Source of the DNA: Brevibacillus humidisoli
GTDB lineage: Bacteria > Bacillota > Bacilli > Brevibacillales > Brevibacillaceae
Direction: 5' to 3'
DNA: 64,000 nucleotides
NCBI RefSeq assembly: GCF_020923435.1
Contig: NZ_CP087263.1
Location: 885,970 to 949,969 of the forward strand
Positions 48,132 through 59,099 of this stretch are shown one piece after another; position 1 is the stretch's first letter, and the number at the start of each line of letters is the position of its first letter. Below the pieces are notes generated by a model. It saw nothing but the letters and a program-made list of their open reading frames with translations. It was not told the DNA's origin and made no database searches. The position numbers and the translations under genes are program-made.

Positions 48132-51100
48132 GTGAAACAAGACGTGATCAGATCCGTTCTGAGAAAGGTAAAAGAGGGTTCCATCCCCAAGGAAGCAGGT
48201 GTAGAGCTGTGTTATGAAATCAAAAACATGAACGAAAGAGCCTCAACACAAACAGCCGCTTCCAAAGATATTGCGATTATCGGTTTGGCGGGACGCTACC
48301 CGCAAGCAGCCAATATCGATGAGTTCTGGCAAAACCTAAAAAAAGGGAAGGATTGTATCTCGGAAATACCGCCTGATCGCTGGGAGTGGCAGCAATACTT
48401 TCACCCTGGCCGATATGAGGCTGGTGATGAGGGAAAAAGCTACAGCAAATGGGGCGGTTTTCTTGATCATGTTGATCGATTTGATCCTCTCTTTTTTTCC
48501 GTTTCTCCGCGGGAGGCAGAAGTAATGGATCCTCAGGAGCGTTTGTTTCTTGAAGTGGCCTGGGAAGTGATGGAGGACGCGGGATACACCAGGAATATGT
48601 TCCAAACTAGTCAGGCGGATGACGAAATGAACAGAGTGGGAGTTTTTGTCGGGGCAACATGGCAAGAATACCAACTCTATTCCGGTTTTTTTGACGGAAA
48701 CAATGATGCGATTTTATCGACAAATGCCCACAACATCGCCAATCGGGTATCCTATTTTTTTAACTTCAAGGGATCCAGTCTAACTGTAGATACCGCCTGT
48801 TCATCCTCACTGACGGCGATTCATCTAGCCTGCGAAAGCTTGCTGCACGGGGTCAATAGGATGGCGATCGCCGGTGGTGTCAATCTTTCGCTTCATCCAA
48901 ACAAATACCTGTACTTATCAAAGTTCCAGTTCGTATCGAGCAAAGGCCGTTGTGAAAGTTTTGGCAAAGGGGGTGACGGCTATGTGCCGGGCGAAGGGGT
49001 GGGAGCGGTGCTGCTGAAACCCCTGTCGCAAGCGATTGCCGACGGGGACCAGATTTATGGCGTTATCAAGGCCACCGCAATCAATCACGGAGGAAAAACG
49101 AACGGCTACACCGTTCCGAACCCCCGTGCCCAGGCCAGTGTGATTGGAAAAGCTTTAAAAGAAGCGGGGATCGACCCGAGGGCGATCAGTTATATAGAAG
49201 CACACGGCACCGGGACTTCTCTCGGGGATCCGATTGAAATAACAGGCTTGACCAAAGCTTTTCAGGAGTTTACGAACGATAAACAGTTTTGTGCGATCGG
49301 ATCGGTCAAGTCCAACATCGGGCATGGCGAGAGTGCGGCCGGCATCGCCGGGGTGACCAAGGTTTTGCTCCAGCTCAAACATCGCCAGTTAGTGCCTTCT
49401 CTCCACTCCCGGATACTGAATCCGAACATCGACTTCCGCACGACCCCTTTTTTCGTCCAGCAGGAGGTGGCCGAGTGGAAACGGCCGCTGCTTGGGATCA
49501 ATGGCGATACCAGAGAATATCCTCGGATCGCCGGGATATCGTCCTTTGGTGCAGGAGGGTCGAATGCCCATGTGGTGATCGAGGAGTACATCCCACCGGA
49601 GCGGAACAGACCTCAGATTGCGATTAGCGCACAGAACCCGGCGCTGATCGTATTATCCGCGAAGGATGAAGAGCGGCTCCGCGAGCAGGTGGAGCGGTTG
49701 TTAAGCGCCGTCGACAGGGAGCGTTTCTCTGATGCCAGTCTGGCTGATATCGCCTACACACTCCAGGTGGGACGCGAGGCGATGGACCAACGCCTGGCGG
49801 TGATCGTTGGTTCGATCAAGGAACTGGAGGAGAAGCTGACGCGGCACCTGGAGGGGCAGGAGGGGATAGAAGAGCTGTATCGCGGCACAGGTGAAAGCCG
49901 GCAAAGAGATCGCCGCATTATTTGCGGCGGATGAGGATATGGAAACCATGATGGATGCCTGGGTGTCCAAAGGAAAGTACGCAAAAATTCTTGAGCTTTG
50001 GGTGAAGGGCGTTCCGATTGATGGCACAAGCTGTACGGGGACCTCAGCCCTCGCCGCATCAGTTTGCCGTCCTATCCCTTTGCCAGAGAACGCTGTTGGT
50101 TTCCGCAGCAGGCAAGCAAGGTTACAGGAAGCAGCATGGAAGCGGGCTCCGCCCCGACCGCCTCGATTCATCCGCTGCTGCATCAAAATACGTCGACCAT
50201 TTCTCATTTGAGATTTCGAACAACTTTTACGGGCCAAGAGTTTTTCCTGGCGGATCATATGGTGAACGGCCAGCGGATCCTACCCGGTGTCGCCTATCTG
50301 GAGATGGTACGGGCGGCAGTAGAACAAGTAGTGGAAGCCGGCAAAGAAGATTATGAGATTCAACTGAAAAACGTGGTTTGGGTGCGACCGATTTCCGTGG
50401 AAGAAAAGCCAGTCCAGATACAGATCAGACTCTTCGCGGAGGAGAACGGCGAGATTGCCTACGAAATCTGCAGCGGGCCCGGCGAGGAGGATGGAGATCC
50501 TGTTATTCACAGCCAAGGAACGGCGGTGCTTGGTTCCCCAGCCGAAGAAGCACCAACCCTGGATCTGAATGCCTTGCAAGCGGAGTGTAATCAAAGTGTT
50601 CTTCAGTCCAGCCAATGCTACGATACCTTTCGGGCAGCCGGGGTTGATTACGGCCCAGCATTCCAGGGGATTGAGCGGGTATTGGTCGGACAGGGGCAGC
50701 TACTGGTGAGGCTCTCTTTGCCGACTTCGATTGTCGCTACAAAGGATCAGTTTGTCCTGCATCCTTGTTTACTCGATTCTGCCGTGCAAGGATCGGCAGG
50801 TTTTCTGTTAAGCTCCGCAGATACGGCGGGCACCGGCAAGCCAGCGCTGGCCTTTTCTTTGCAAGAACTGGAGATATTCGGCGATTGTACTCCCACGATG
50901 TGGGCGCTGATTCGATACAGCGACGGCAGTGCGGCAGGAGAACAAGTACAAAAGCTGGATATCGATCTGTGTTATGACCAGGGGAATATTTGTGTGCGGA
51001 TGAGGCGATTTGCATCGAGGGTGTTGGATCCGGGGCTTCAAACCAGCACAGTATCGCACGAGGTCCCTTCCGAGACCGTGGCTGCTCCCCTTGTGGGAAA

Positions 51101-52686
51101 TGTGATGCTCACCCCCGTATGGGATGTGGTATCGGTTAAGTGGGATCAGACCGTTCCCACTCCCACCGAACATGTCGTGATTGTCGGCGGAACGGAAGAG
51201 AATAGGCGCACGTGCAAACGACGATATCCCGGCGCACGTACCCTGGAGATGGAATCCGAGGATACAGTTGAAGTGATCGCCAAAAAAATAGCTGGTCTTG
51301 GCCGTATCGATCAGATCGTATGGATTGCTCCCTACCATGCACTGAATTCGCTTGCAGAGGAAGCTGTGCTGGAAGAGCAGAAACAAGGGGTACTCCTGAT
51401 GTTTCGGGTGGTAAAAGCGCTGCTCCTTGCCGGATATGGCAGCAAGCAGATGGAGTGGAGTGTGATTACCACACAGACCCAGCCGATCCATAAGCACGAG
51501 ATGGTGAACCCGACCCACTCCAGTCTGCACGGGTTTGTTGGTTCGATGACCAAGGAATATCCAAACTGGAAGATCCGACTGGTTGATCTGCAGGCGTATT
51601 GTGATTGGCCGGTGCCTGAACTCTTCCATCTGCCCACCGATCCGCAGGGAAACGCCTGGGTCTATCGAGATCGGGAATGGTATCGACAACATTTAATCCC
51701 CGTACGTTACACTCCATCTGATGATCTGACATTGTATCGACAGGGGGGAGTATATGTAGTGATTGGAGGTGCGGGCGGCATTGGCGAAGCTTGGAGTGCC
51801 TATATGATTGGTACCTATCAGGCTCAGATCGTTTGGCTGGGCAGACGCCAGATAGACGAGACGATTCAGCACAAGATGGGCAAGCTGGCTGTTATGGGAG
51901 CCTGCTCCCTGCTACATCTCCGCCGATGCCTCCGATCAAGAAGCACTGCTCCATGCTTATGAAGAAGTGAAGCAGCGGTACGGAAAGATAAACGGGGTGG
52001 TACATTCTGCAGTGGGCGTCTTGGATCATAGCTTGGCCAAGATGGAAGAGGAACGATTCCGGGCCGGGCTCTCAGCAAAAGTAGACGTCAGTGTGCGGAT
52101 GGCTCAGGTATTTGCAAAGGAACCGCTCGATTTTGTCTTGTTCTTCTCTTCTTTTGGCGCTTTTGGCAAAGGACTTGGTCAAAGCAGCTACGCTTCCGGC
52201 TGCACATTTGGCGATCTGTTTGCCCACCAACTTTCTCACGAATGGCCTTGCGCAGTGAAAGTGATGAACTGGGGATACTGGGATGGTGTGGGCATCGCAA
52301 GCGTGATTCCCGATACGCTTAAGAATCGGCTGGCACAAGCCGGCATCGGATCGATTGAGCCATCCGATGGGATGCAGGCACTGGAAGTCTTGCTAACCGG
52401 ACCAGTGGATCAACTGGCGTTCATGAAGACGACAAAGCCCTTGGAGATGGAGGGACTCCAAGCGGGGGAAGAGATATCGATTCACCGGGAAAGGCATGAA
52501 TCGAGTCTGGAAAACATCAAGCAGATGCTTCCGTCCCTCGCCTTGCCTGGTGAAGTTGCCGCAGCGTCTCCTCGAGGGGCAACGTCTCCTCCCGGGTTGG
52601 AGACAGACCGTTTTCATTTTTCGGACGCTTCGCTCGTCGACGACCAAGACAATGCCGGTACAGAAGGATCAGGAGGTGCGTGGTAA
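48132..52686 (+). CDS. trans-AT PKS module KS-DH-KR, reading frame broken by three 1-nt indels (about 49895, 50022, 51900)
   Basis: N-terminal docking region. KS with DTACSSSL, EAHGTGTSLGDPIE, NIGHGESAAG (ORF 48132..49934). Linker continues in +1 (ORF 49891..50211, KAGKEIAALFAADEDME...WVKGVPID) and back in frame 0 (ORF 50064..51962) with DH (HPLLH...LADHMVNGQRILPGVAYLEM) and KR (VVIGGAGGIGEA). KR C-terminal part in ORF 51967..52686 (YISADASDQEALL in a third frame, KQRYGKINGVVHSA...). Confidence 0.8.
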
Positions 52687-55600
52687 ATGAAGAAGGTAGA
52701 TGAGCTTCTCTGTCGGCTGCTAGGGGGACAACTGCAGTCTATCGGGATCTGCACAGCAACACCTTCCATCATCGCTGAGCAAAAAGCAAAATCCGGGCTG
52801 CTGCCACTATACGATCGATGGCTGGAAGAAAGTTTGACCGTACTGGCACGGAACGGTTATCTCAGCTATGACGGCCAGTCATGCACGGTATTGGATACGA
52901 CGACGGTCGATATGGATCAGTTGTGGAGAGAGTGGGATCAAAAGAAGATGGCATGGCTGAGAGATTCCAGTTTGAAAGCGCACCTCGTCTTAGTTGAGAC
53001 AACGATGCGGGCACTGCCGGAGATCCTGACGGGGAAAGTATCGGCCACAGAGATCATGTTTCCCCATTCCTCGATGAAACTGGTCGAAGGGGTATACAAA
53101 AACAACCCGACATCTGATTATTTTAATGAAGTGCTGGCAAATACGGTTGCTTCCTATGTTCGAGATCGGTTAAAACGTGACCCTTCTGCCAGGATTCGAA
53201 TCATCGAAATCGGGGCAGGCACCGGAGGGACCAGTGCCATGGTCTTCCAAAAACTCCGCTCCTATCGGGAGTCAATCGAAGAATATTGCTATACCGATCT
53301 CTCCCAATCGTTTCTCCTGTTTGCCGAAAAAGAGTACGGCTCAGAAAATCCTTATCTGACGTATAAACGATTAAACGTAGAGCAGCCCATCAGTGGACAA
53401 GGGATCCGTGAGGGTGGATACGATCTGGTGATTGCAGCCAATGTCCTTCATGCGACCAAAAATATTCGACATACCTTGCGCAACGCCAAAGCGCTTCTGC
53501 GGAACAACGGCTTGCTTCTGCTAAATGAGATCAGCATGCCTTCCATATTTGCTCACCTCACCTTCGGGCTTTTGGAGGGATGGTGGTTGTATGAAGATGC
53601 AGGATTACGTATTCCGGGCAGTCCTGGATTGTCTCCCGAAACCTGGAAAAAGGTACTAAAAAGCGAAGGGTTTCCGTCCGTCTTATTTCCCGCCCAGCAA
53701 GCCCATGATTTGGGACAGCAGATTATTATTGCCCAAAGCGATGGCATCGTCCGGCAAACAAAAGAGCAGAAGACCAGTACGGTGCATCGAAAAAAACAGA
53801 ACCGTCCGGAGGTGCAGCAAGCGAAACCACCTGCACAAAAAATAGCATCAACCGATTCCGAAGCAATCTCACAGGATCTGCTGCGGGAGAAGAGTATCGA
53901 GTATATCAAAACAGTGGTCGGTGAAGTACTAAAGATTCCAAGTCATAAGATCGATTCTGCTGAGCATTTGGAAACATACGGGGTTGACTCGATTATCACG
54001 GTTCAGATCACCAACCACTTACAAGAAGTTTTCGATGACATTAGCAGTACACTGCTGTTTGAATACCAAACGATTGACGCATTGACAGAGCACCTGATGC
54101 AAACAAAGCAGGACGCGTTGGTCAAACTGGTAGGATTGCCGCAAGGGAACCTGGATCGGCAGATTGTAAGAGAAAAGGCGATCCCTGTGCGTCGATCTCC
54201 ACAGCGCCCCGACCTCAGCGTAAGAAAAGCAGGACAGATGCATCCATTGCCTACTCCCAGAACGAACGGATCGCAGCCGCCACGCTCCCGAGAACCGATT
54301 GCGATCATTGGGATGAGTGGACGTTACCCACAGGCGAAAAACCTCGACGAGTACTGGGAAAACCTGAAAGCAGGCAAAGATTGTATTACCGAGATTCCGG
54401 AAGAGCGTTGGCCGCTTGACGGATTCTACCACCCGGATCCCGATGAGGCGGTGGAACAGGGGAAAAGCTACAGCAAATGGGGTGGCTTTGTAGAAGGTTT
54501 TGCCGATTTTGATCCCCTCTTTTTCCATATCTCTCCCCGAGAAGCGATCAGTATCGATCCCCAGGAAAGATTATTTATCCAATCCTGCTGGGAAGTGTTG
54601 GAGGATGCGGGATACACCAGAGAACAGCTTGCCATGCAGTACAATCGGAGAGTTGGTGTGTTCGTAGGGATCACCAAAACGGGTTTTGATTTATATGGCC
54701 CTGAATTGTGGAGCCAAGGTGAGAAACTGTTTCCCCATACCTCGTTTAGCTCAGTGGCCAACCGGATTTCCTATCTATTGGATTTGCAGGCGCCCAGTAT
54801 GCCGATCGATACGATGTGTTCTTCGTCGTTAACCGCCATTCATCAAGCTTGCGAACACATTTACCGTGGAGAATGTGAAATGGCCATTGCCGGCGGAGTC
54901 AATCTGTATCTTCATCCTTCCAGCTATATCGGACTCTGTTCGAGGCACATGCTGTCCACGACGAATCGATCTGCAGCTTTTGGTAAAGGAGGGGACGGTT
55001 TTGTGCCCGGTGAAGGAGTGGGGTGTGTGCTGCTCAAACCGCTTTCCCAAGCGGAGCTAGATGGCGACCACATCTATGCGGTCATCGTAGGAAGCCAGAT
55101 CAACCATAATGGCAAGACCAACGGGTATATGGTATCCAATCCGAATGCCCAGACAGACTTATTGCTGGAAAACTTCAAAAAATCGGGAATCGATCCGCGA
55201 ACGATCAGTTATGTGGAAGCGGCTGCATTTGGATCAAACTTGGGAGATGCGATCGAAATAAATGCGCTCAAGAAGGCATTTGCACAGTACACAGAGGACG
55301 AACATTTTTGTGCGATCGGTTCCGTCAAGGCAAACCTCGGGCACCTGGAAGCAGCGTCGGGAATGTCTCAATTGACAAAAGTGGTTTGGCAGCTGCGAAA
55401 TCGGGAATTGGTGCCGTCCATCCATGCTGAATCTCTAAACCCAAATATATGTTTTGAGAACAGTCCATTTTACTTGTCAAAAGAACGACAGGAGTGGAAG
55501 CGGCCCATCCTCACCATCAATGGGGAAGAACGAGAGATTCCACGCCGGGCAACGATTAGCTCCTTTGGGGCGGGGGGAACAAATGCCCATTTAATTGTGG

Positions 55601-57417
55601 AGGAATATATTCCTGTACAGGAAGAACAGGCCTCGACCAGTCCTGCAGCCCGACCGCAGATTATCGTCTTATCAGCCAGAAATGCTGATCGCTTGCGGGA
55701 GATCGTTCGACAAATACTCCAGTTCCTTGAGCAAAGAGAGAAGATCTCACTGCCCAATCTCGCCTATACGCTGCAAGTCGGGCGGGAAGCGATGGCGTTC
55801 CGGCTAGCCATTGTCGCAAGCAGTAGAGAAGAACTGATCCAGGAACTTAGGGAGTACTTGGGTGAGACAGTGGACAACAAAAAAGAGAACGCTGTCCCTA
55901 TTTTCCAAGGGGATAAAGAGAGCAATGAAGAGATGAACCATCTCCTCTCCGGCCAAACAGGGGAGATGTTGGTGAACATCCTGCTGGAAGAGAACAGACC
56001 GGAAAAACTGGCGCAACTGTGGGTGCAGGGTGTCAATATCCCTTGGACATCTCTGTACCACAGCCAAAGCGTTCGCAAGATTCGCTTACCCACCTATCCC
56101 TTTGAAAAACAGCAGTACTGGATTCGCGCAAAAATGATAGATCAACAGCAGCTTGCCCCTACAACGCAAACCATACCGGACGAACAATGGCAAAAGCGAG
56201 CAGCAGCTGATGCAAAGATGTTCGTCAAAGAGATACTGTGTTCGATACTGGAACTGAAGATGGAAGAGGTCCAAATGGATGTACCGTTCTCAGACTATGG
56301 AATGGACTCTGTCATTTTGATGGATCTGTATCGAAACTTGAAAAAGCATATTCCCTTGTTGGATGTTGCAGCATTGAAGCAGTGTGTTACATTACAGGAG
56401 ATTGTACAACTGATTGAAGAGCAGGCAGATGAAAAGACGGTTCGCGCGATGGTTGCACGAGATGATGGGGAGAAACCCCGATATAGCAAGAGCATGCTAT
56501 CTGTCGGGCGAAGGGAAAGTCCCGCCACCGTGACGCAGCCTGAGCAGGATATGGAAGAACAACGGCAACAGATTTTGCGTCGGATGACCAAGCTCTCGAA
56601 AACAGCATGGCACAAGCGTGGCTTGATCGGGAAAGGGACCACCGTTCCCCGGTTTCAAACCTTAGACGTGATGCTTGATGAACGAAACTGCATCTGGATA
56701 TTTTTCAAAACCAAAGTGATCGGAGAACAGACGGCAGCAGACATCCTTCATTTGCATACCTTTATTCAACAAAAGGTGGAGCTGGAACAGGTGCCGATCT
56801 TGTATTTTAGCCACTATGGTTCCCATTTTTTGTTGGGCGGTGACCGCTTGTTTTTTGCAGAAAGCAACCTTGATGAAAAAGGACAGGAGAAGTTTTTGGA
56901 ATGGTTTGAAGCATGCAAGCCGATCTTTACGGATCATCTCTCAGAGAACCATCCCTTGCGAATCGCCGTCTGCGCCGGTACGGCTCAGGGAGGAGGATTT
57001 GAGTATCTGCTTTCCTGCGATTTTCAGTTTGTTTTGCCCCAGATCAAGCTGGGAGTGCCGGAGATTAAATCAAATTTGTACGCAGGAATGGGCGGCTTGA
57101 GCTACTTGGCGTCACAGGTAGGATTAGCCAGGGCGAAACTGCTTAATCTGACAGGCGGACTGATCTACGGACACCAGGCGCACGAAATGGGACTGATCAG
57201 TCATGTAACGGCAAATCCCTTTACCGATGCCTATGATTTCTATGACGTGATACCGAACATAAAACTGGCCAAACACCTCAATTATCGATTGAACCAACAG
57301 TACCATGAGTTGAGAAACAGGGACTTGAATGATTGGATACAGGTTACACAAACGTTTGTCAAAGAAGGGTATCAACATATACTGGATGATTACAAAATGT
57401 TTAAGGTGGAGCGGTAG
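52687..57417 (+). CDS. trans-AT PKS module: C-methyltransferase - ACP - KS0 (non-elongating) - ACP - enoyl-CoA hydratase/crotonase domain
   Basis: 1576 aa. SAM-binding IIEIGAGTGGTS. ACP1 YGVDSIIT. KS with Cys (DTMCSSSL) and second His (NLGHLEAASG), but the HGTGT His is replaced (VEAAAFGSNLGDAIE, 55216-55239), so KS0. ACP2 YGMDSVIL. C-terminal crotonase fold (IAVCAGTAQGGGFEYLLSCDF, LGVPEIKSNLYAGMGG). Confidence 0.85.
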   Translation: MKKVDELLCRLLGGQLQSIGICTATPSIIAEQKAKSGLLPLYDRWLEESLTVLARNGYLSYDGQSCTVLDTTTVDMDQLWREWDQKKMAWLRDSSLKAHLVLVETTMRALPEILTGKVSATEIMFPHSSMKLVEGVYKNNPTSDYFNEVLANTVASYVRDRLKRDPSARIRIIEIGAGTGGTSAMVFQKLRSYRESIEEYCYTDLSQSFLLFAEKEYGSENPYLTYKRLNVEQPISGQGIREGGYDLVIAANVLHATKNIRHTLRNAKALLRNNGLLLLNEISMPSIFAHLTFGLLEGWWLYEDAGLRIPGSPGLSPETWKKVLKSEGFPSVLFPAQQAHDLGQQIIIAQSDGIVRQTKEQKTSTVHRKKQNRPEVQQAKPPAQKIASTDSEAISQDLLREKSIEYIKTVVGEVLKIPSHKIDSAEHLETYGVDSIITVQITNHLQEVFDDISSTLLFEYQTIDALTEHLMQTKQDALVKLVGLPQGNLDRQIVREKAIPVRRSPQRPDLSVRKAGQMHPLPTPRTNGSQPPRSREPIAIIGMSGRYPQAKNLDEYWENLKAGKDCITEIPEERWPLDGFYHPDPDEAVEQGKSYSKWGGFVEGFADFDPLFFHISPREAISIDPQERLFIQSCWEVLEDAGYTREQLAMQYNRRVGVFVGITKTGFDLYGPELWSQGEKLFPHTSFSSVANRISYLLDLQAPSMPIDTMCSSSLTAIHQACEHIYRGECEMAIAGGVNLYLHPSSYIGLCSRHMLSTTNRSAAFGKGGDGFVPGEGVGCVLLKPLSQAELDGDHIYAVIVGSQINHNGKTNGYMVSNPNAQTDLLLENFKKSGIDPRTISYVEAAAFGSNLGDAIEINALKKAFAQYTEDEHFCAIGSVKANLGHLEAASGMSQLTKVVWQLRNRELVPSIHAESLNPNICFENSPFYLSKERQEWKRPILTINGEEREIPRRATISSFGAGGTNAHLIVEEYIPVQEEQASTSPAARPQIIVLSARNADRLREIVRQILQFLEQREKISLPNLAYTLQVGREAMAFRLAIVASSREELIQELREYLGETVDNKKENAVPIFQGDKESNEEMNHLLSGQTGEMLVNILLEENRPEKLAQLWVQGVNIPWTSLYHSQSVRKIRLPTYPFEKQQYWIRAKMIDQQQLAPTTQTIPDEQWQKRAAADAKMFVKEILCSILELKMEEVQMDVPFSDYGMDSVILMDLYRNLKKHIPLLDVAALKQCVTLQEIVQLIEEQADEKTVRAMVARDDGEKPRYSKSMLSVGRRESPATVTQPEQDMEEQRQQILRRMTKLSKTAWHKRGLIGKGTTVPRFQTLDVMLDERNCIWIFFKTKVIGEQTAADILHLHTFIQQKVELEQVPILYFSHYGSHFLLGGDRLFFAESNLDEKGQEKFLEWFEACKPIFTDHLSENHPLRIAVCAGTAQGGGFEYLLSCDFQFVLPQIKLGVPEIKSNLYAGMGGLSYLASQVGLARAKLLNLTGGLIYGHQAHEMGLISHVTANPFTDAYDFYDVIPNIKLAKHLNYRLNQQYHELRNRDLNDWIQVTQTFVKEGYQHILDDYKMFKVER

Positions 57418-57468
57418 TATCGCGAAGGGCCGGCAGTTGGCTTGAGCGGGTGCTAGTTCAAGACCAAA

Positions 57469-57514
57469 GGGCAGATCTGTTCAGTACCTATCTGAACGGG
57501 TCTGCCCTTTTTTT
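57469..57514 (+). terminator. strong rho-independent terminator after the last PKS gene
   Basis: GGGCAGATCTGTTCAG-tacctat-CTGAACGGGTCTGCCC followed by T7. Confidence 0.75.
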
Positions 57515-57939
57515 ATCGTCGTTGCGTACTTGATGCATAGGAATCGCTCGATCTCGCCATGCGATGAAAATGTCAACAGAATTTTTTGTGATCAATAGCA
57601 AAAAGGACTAAAAAAAATGTTGATTTTTGTCGATTTAGACATAGGCAGAGGATGTTCCATCCGTTATACTGTATTCATGTTAGTTTATGTAACACGTCTT
57701 GTGTTGCCTGATTTCTAACGAGCTGGCTTATTTCAGGATCTGACTGGGTCAAGCCATACGTGCATGGGAAATAAACGTGTTTGTTGTATGCGTGATCTTT
57801 CCTTTTCAAGTTTTCGATCATCACGTCTTACAATTGGTTTTTACAGCTGCCAACTAGGGTAATTACATTTATATCAAAAAATGTGACTTACATGTTTTGC
57901 TTGTAAGGTCAGCAGTTGAACAACAAAAGGAGGATCAGG

Positions 57940-59025
57940 ATGAAAAGAGAAAAGGGAAGGTTTTTATCGCTTACTGTTTTATTAATCGCGATTGCCATGA
58001 TCGCGGCGGCATGTGGAGGAGGTACCGAGGGTGCCGCTGGAGGTACATCTGGACAAGGGCAGGAGGCGGGGAATTCATCCGACCAGCCGGCCGCTGAAGC
58101 AAAAGTGATTCGCTTGAGTCACAATATGCCGCCAGATAGTGCAGTTGATCAAGCGGCGAACAAATTTAAAGAATTGGTGGAAAGCCGCAGCAACGGAGCG
58201 CTGAAAGTAGAAGTGTTTGGGAATTCCGTACTTGGCTCGATGAGGGAGCAGACGGAAAGCGTACAGTTCGGTTCTGCCGAGATGACGATCCAGCCGATCT
58301 CGACGATGACGCCATTTGTCAGTGATGTGCAGATCGTGGACTACCCGTTCTTATGGCCTAACAATGAAGTACTGTGGAAAGTGCTTGATGATGAGCCAGG
58401 GCAGATGATGCTGGACTCCATGAGTGAGGCTGGCTTTAAGGGGCTCGGATTCTGGGCCGGTGGCTTTAAATCGATTACGGCCAACAAACCAATTCAAACA
58501 CCGCAGGATCTGCAAGGGGTAAAAATGCGGGTGATCCCTTCCCCTCTGCTGATCGCCCAGTATGAAGCCTACGGAGCCAATCCGGTACCGGTTGATTTTG
58601 CCGAATTGTACAACTCGCTGCAGCAGGGCGTAGTGGATGCCCAGGAAAACCCGCTGGAGACGATTTACCTGCAAAAGTACTATGAAGTGCAAAGTCACCT
58701 GTCGGTTGCGAATCAAGGTTACCTTGCGTACATTTCTGCCATGAACAAAGCCTTCTTTGACGGTTTGTCTCCCGAACTGCAGCAGGTCGTGGTCGAGGCG
58801 GAAAAAGAAGCGAGGGAACTGGAGCGCAAATTGGCGATCGATGCGGAAGCGGATTACCTGAAAAAGCTTGAAGAAGCGGGGATGCAGGTCGTCAAGCTGA
58901 CAGACGAGCAAAAAGCGGCATTCAAGGAATTGTCTCTGCCGGTTCACCAGGAATTCAGCAAGACAGACCGGCAAAAGCAAATTCTGGAGGCCATTTATAA
59001 GGCAGTAGAAGAAGCACAAAAGTAA
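57940..59025 (+). CDS. dctP: TRAP transporter substrate-binding protein DctP (lipoprotein)
   Basis: Lipobox LIAIAMIAAACGG. DctP family body (IRLSHNMPPDSAVDQAANKFKELVESRSNGALKVEVF). RBS AAAGGAGGA then ATG 57940. Confidence 0.85.
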   Translation: MKREKGRFLSLTVLLIAIAMIAAACGGGTEGAAGGTSGQGQEAGNSSDQPAAEAKVIRLSHNMPPDSAVDQAANKFKELVESRSNGALKVEVFGNSVLGSMREQTESVQFGSAEMTIQPISTMTPFVSDVQIVDYPFLWPNNEVLWKVLDDEPGQMMLDSMSEAGFKGLGFWAGGFKSITANKPIQTPQDLQGVKMRVIPSPLLIAQYEAYGANPVPVDFAELYNSLQQGVVDAQENPLETIYLQKYYEVQSHLSVANQGYLAYISAMNKAFFDGLSPELQQVVVEAEKEARELERKLAIDAEADYLKKLEEAGMQVVKLTDEQKAAFKELSLPVHQEFSKTDRQKQILEAIYKAVEEAQK

Positions 59026-59043
59026 ACAGTGCTGATCAAAAAA

Positions 59044-59078
59044 AGAGTTAGTTGCTTCACAACGACTAACTCTTTTTT
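59044..59078 (+). terminator. intercistronic hairpin terminator between dctP and dctQ
   Basis: AGAGTTAGT-tgcttcacaacg-ACTAACTCT followed by TTTTTT. Confidence 0.6.
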
Positions 59079-59099
59079 AAGTTACCGAGGTGATGAAAT

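Noticed and set aside
44308-51700. Numerous 60-300 aa ORFs antisense to or out of frame within the PKS genes (e.g. 44618..45280 -, 47279..48025 -, 50808..51692 -, 50280..50615 -)
   Set aside because: They lie inside long multi-domain PKS ORFs with strong domain signatures on the + strand. They lack RBSs and are typical GC-rich shadow ORFs.
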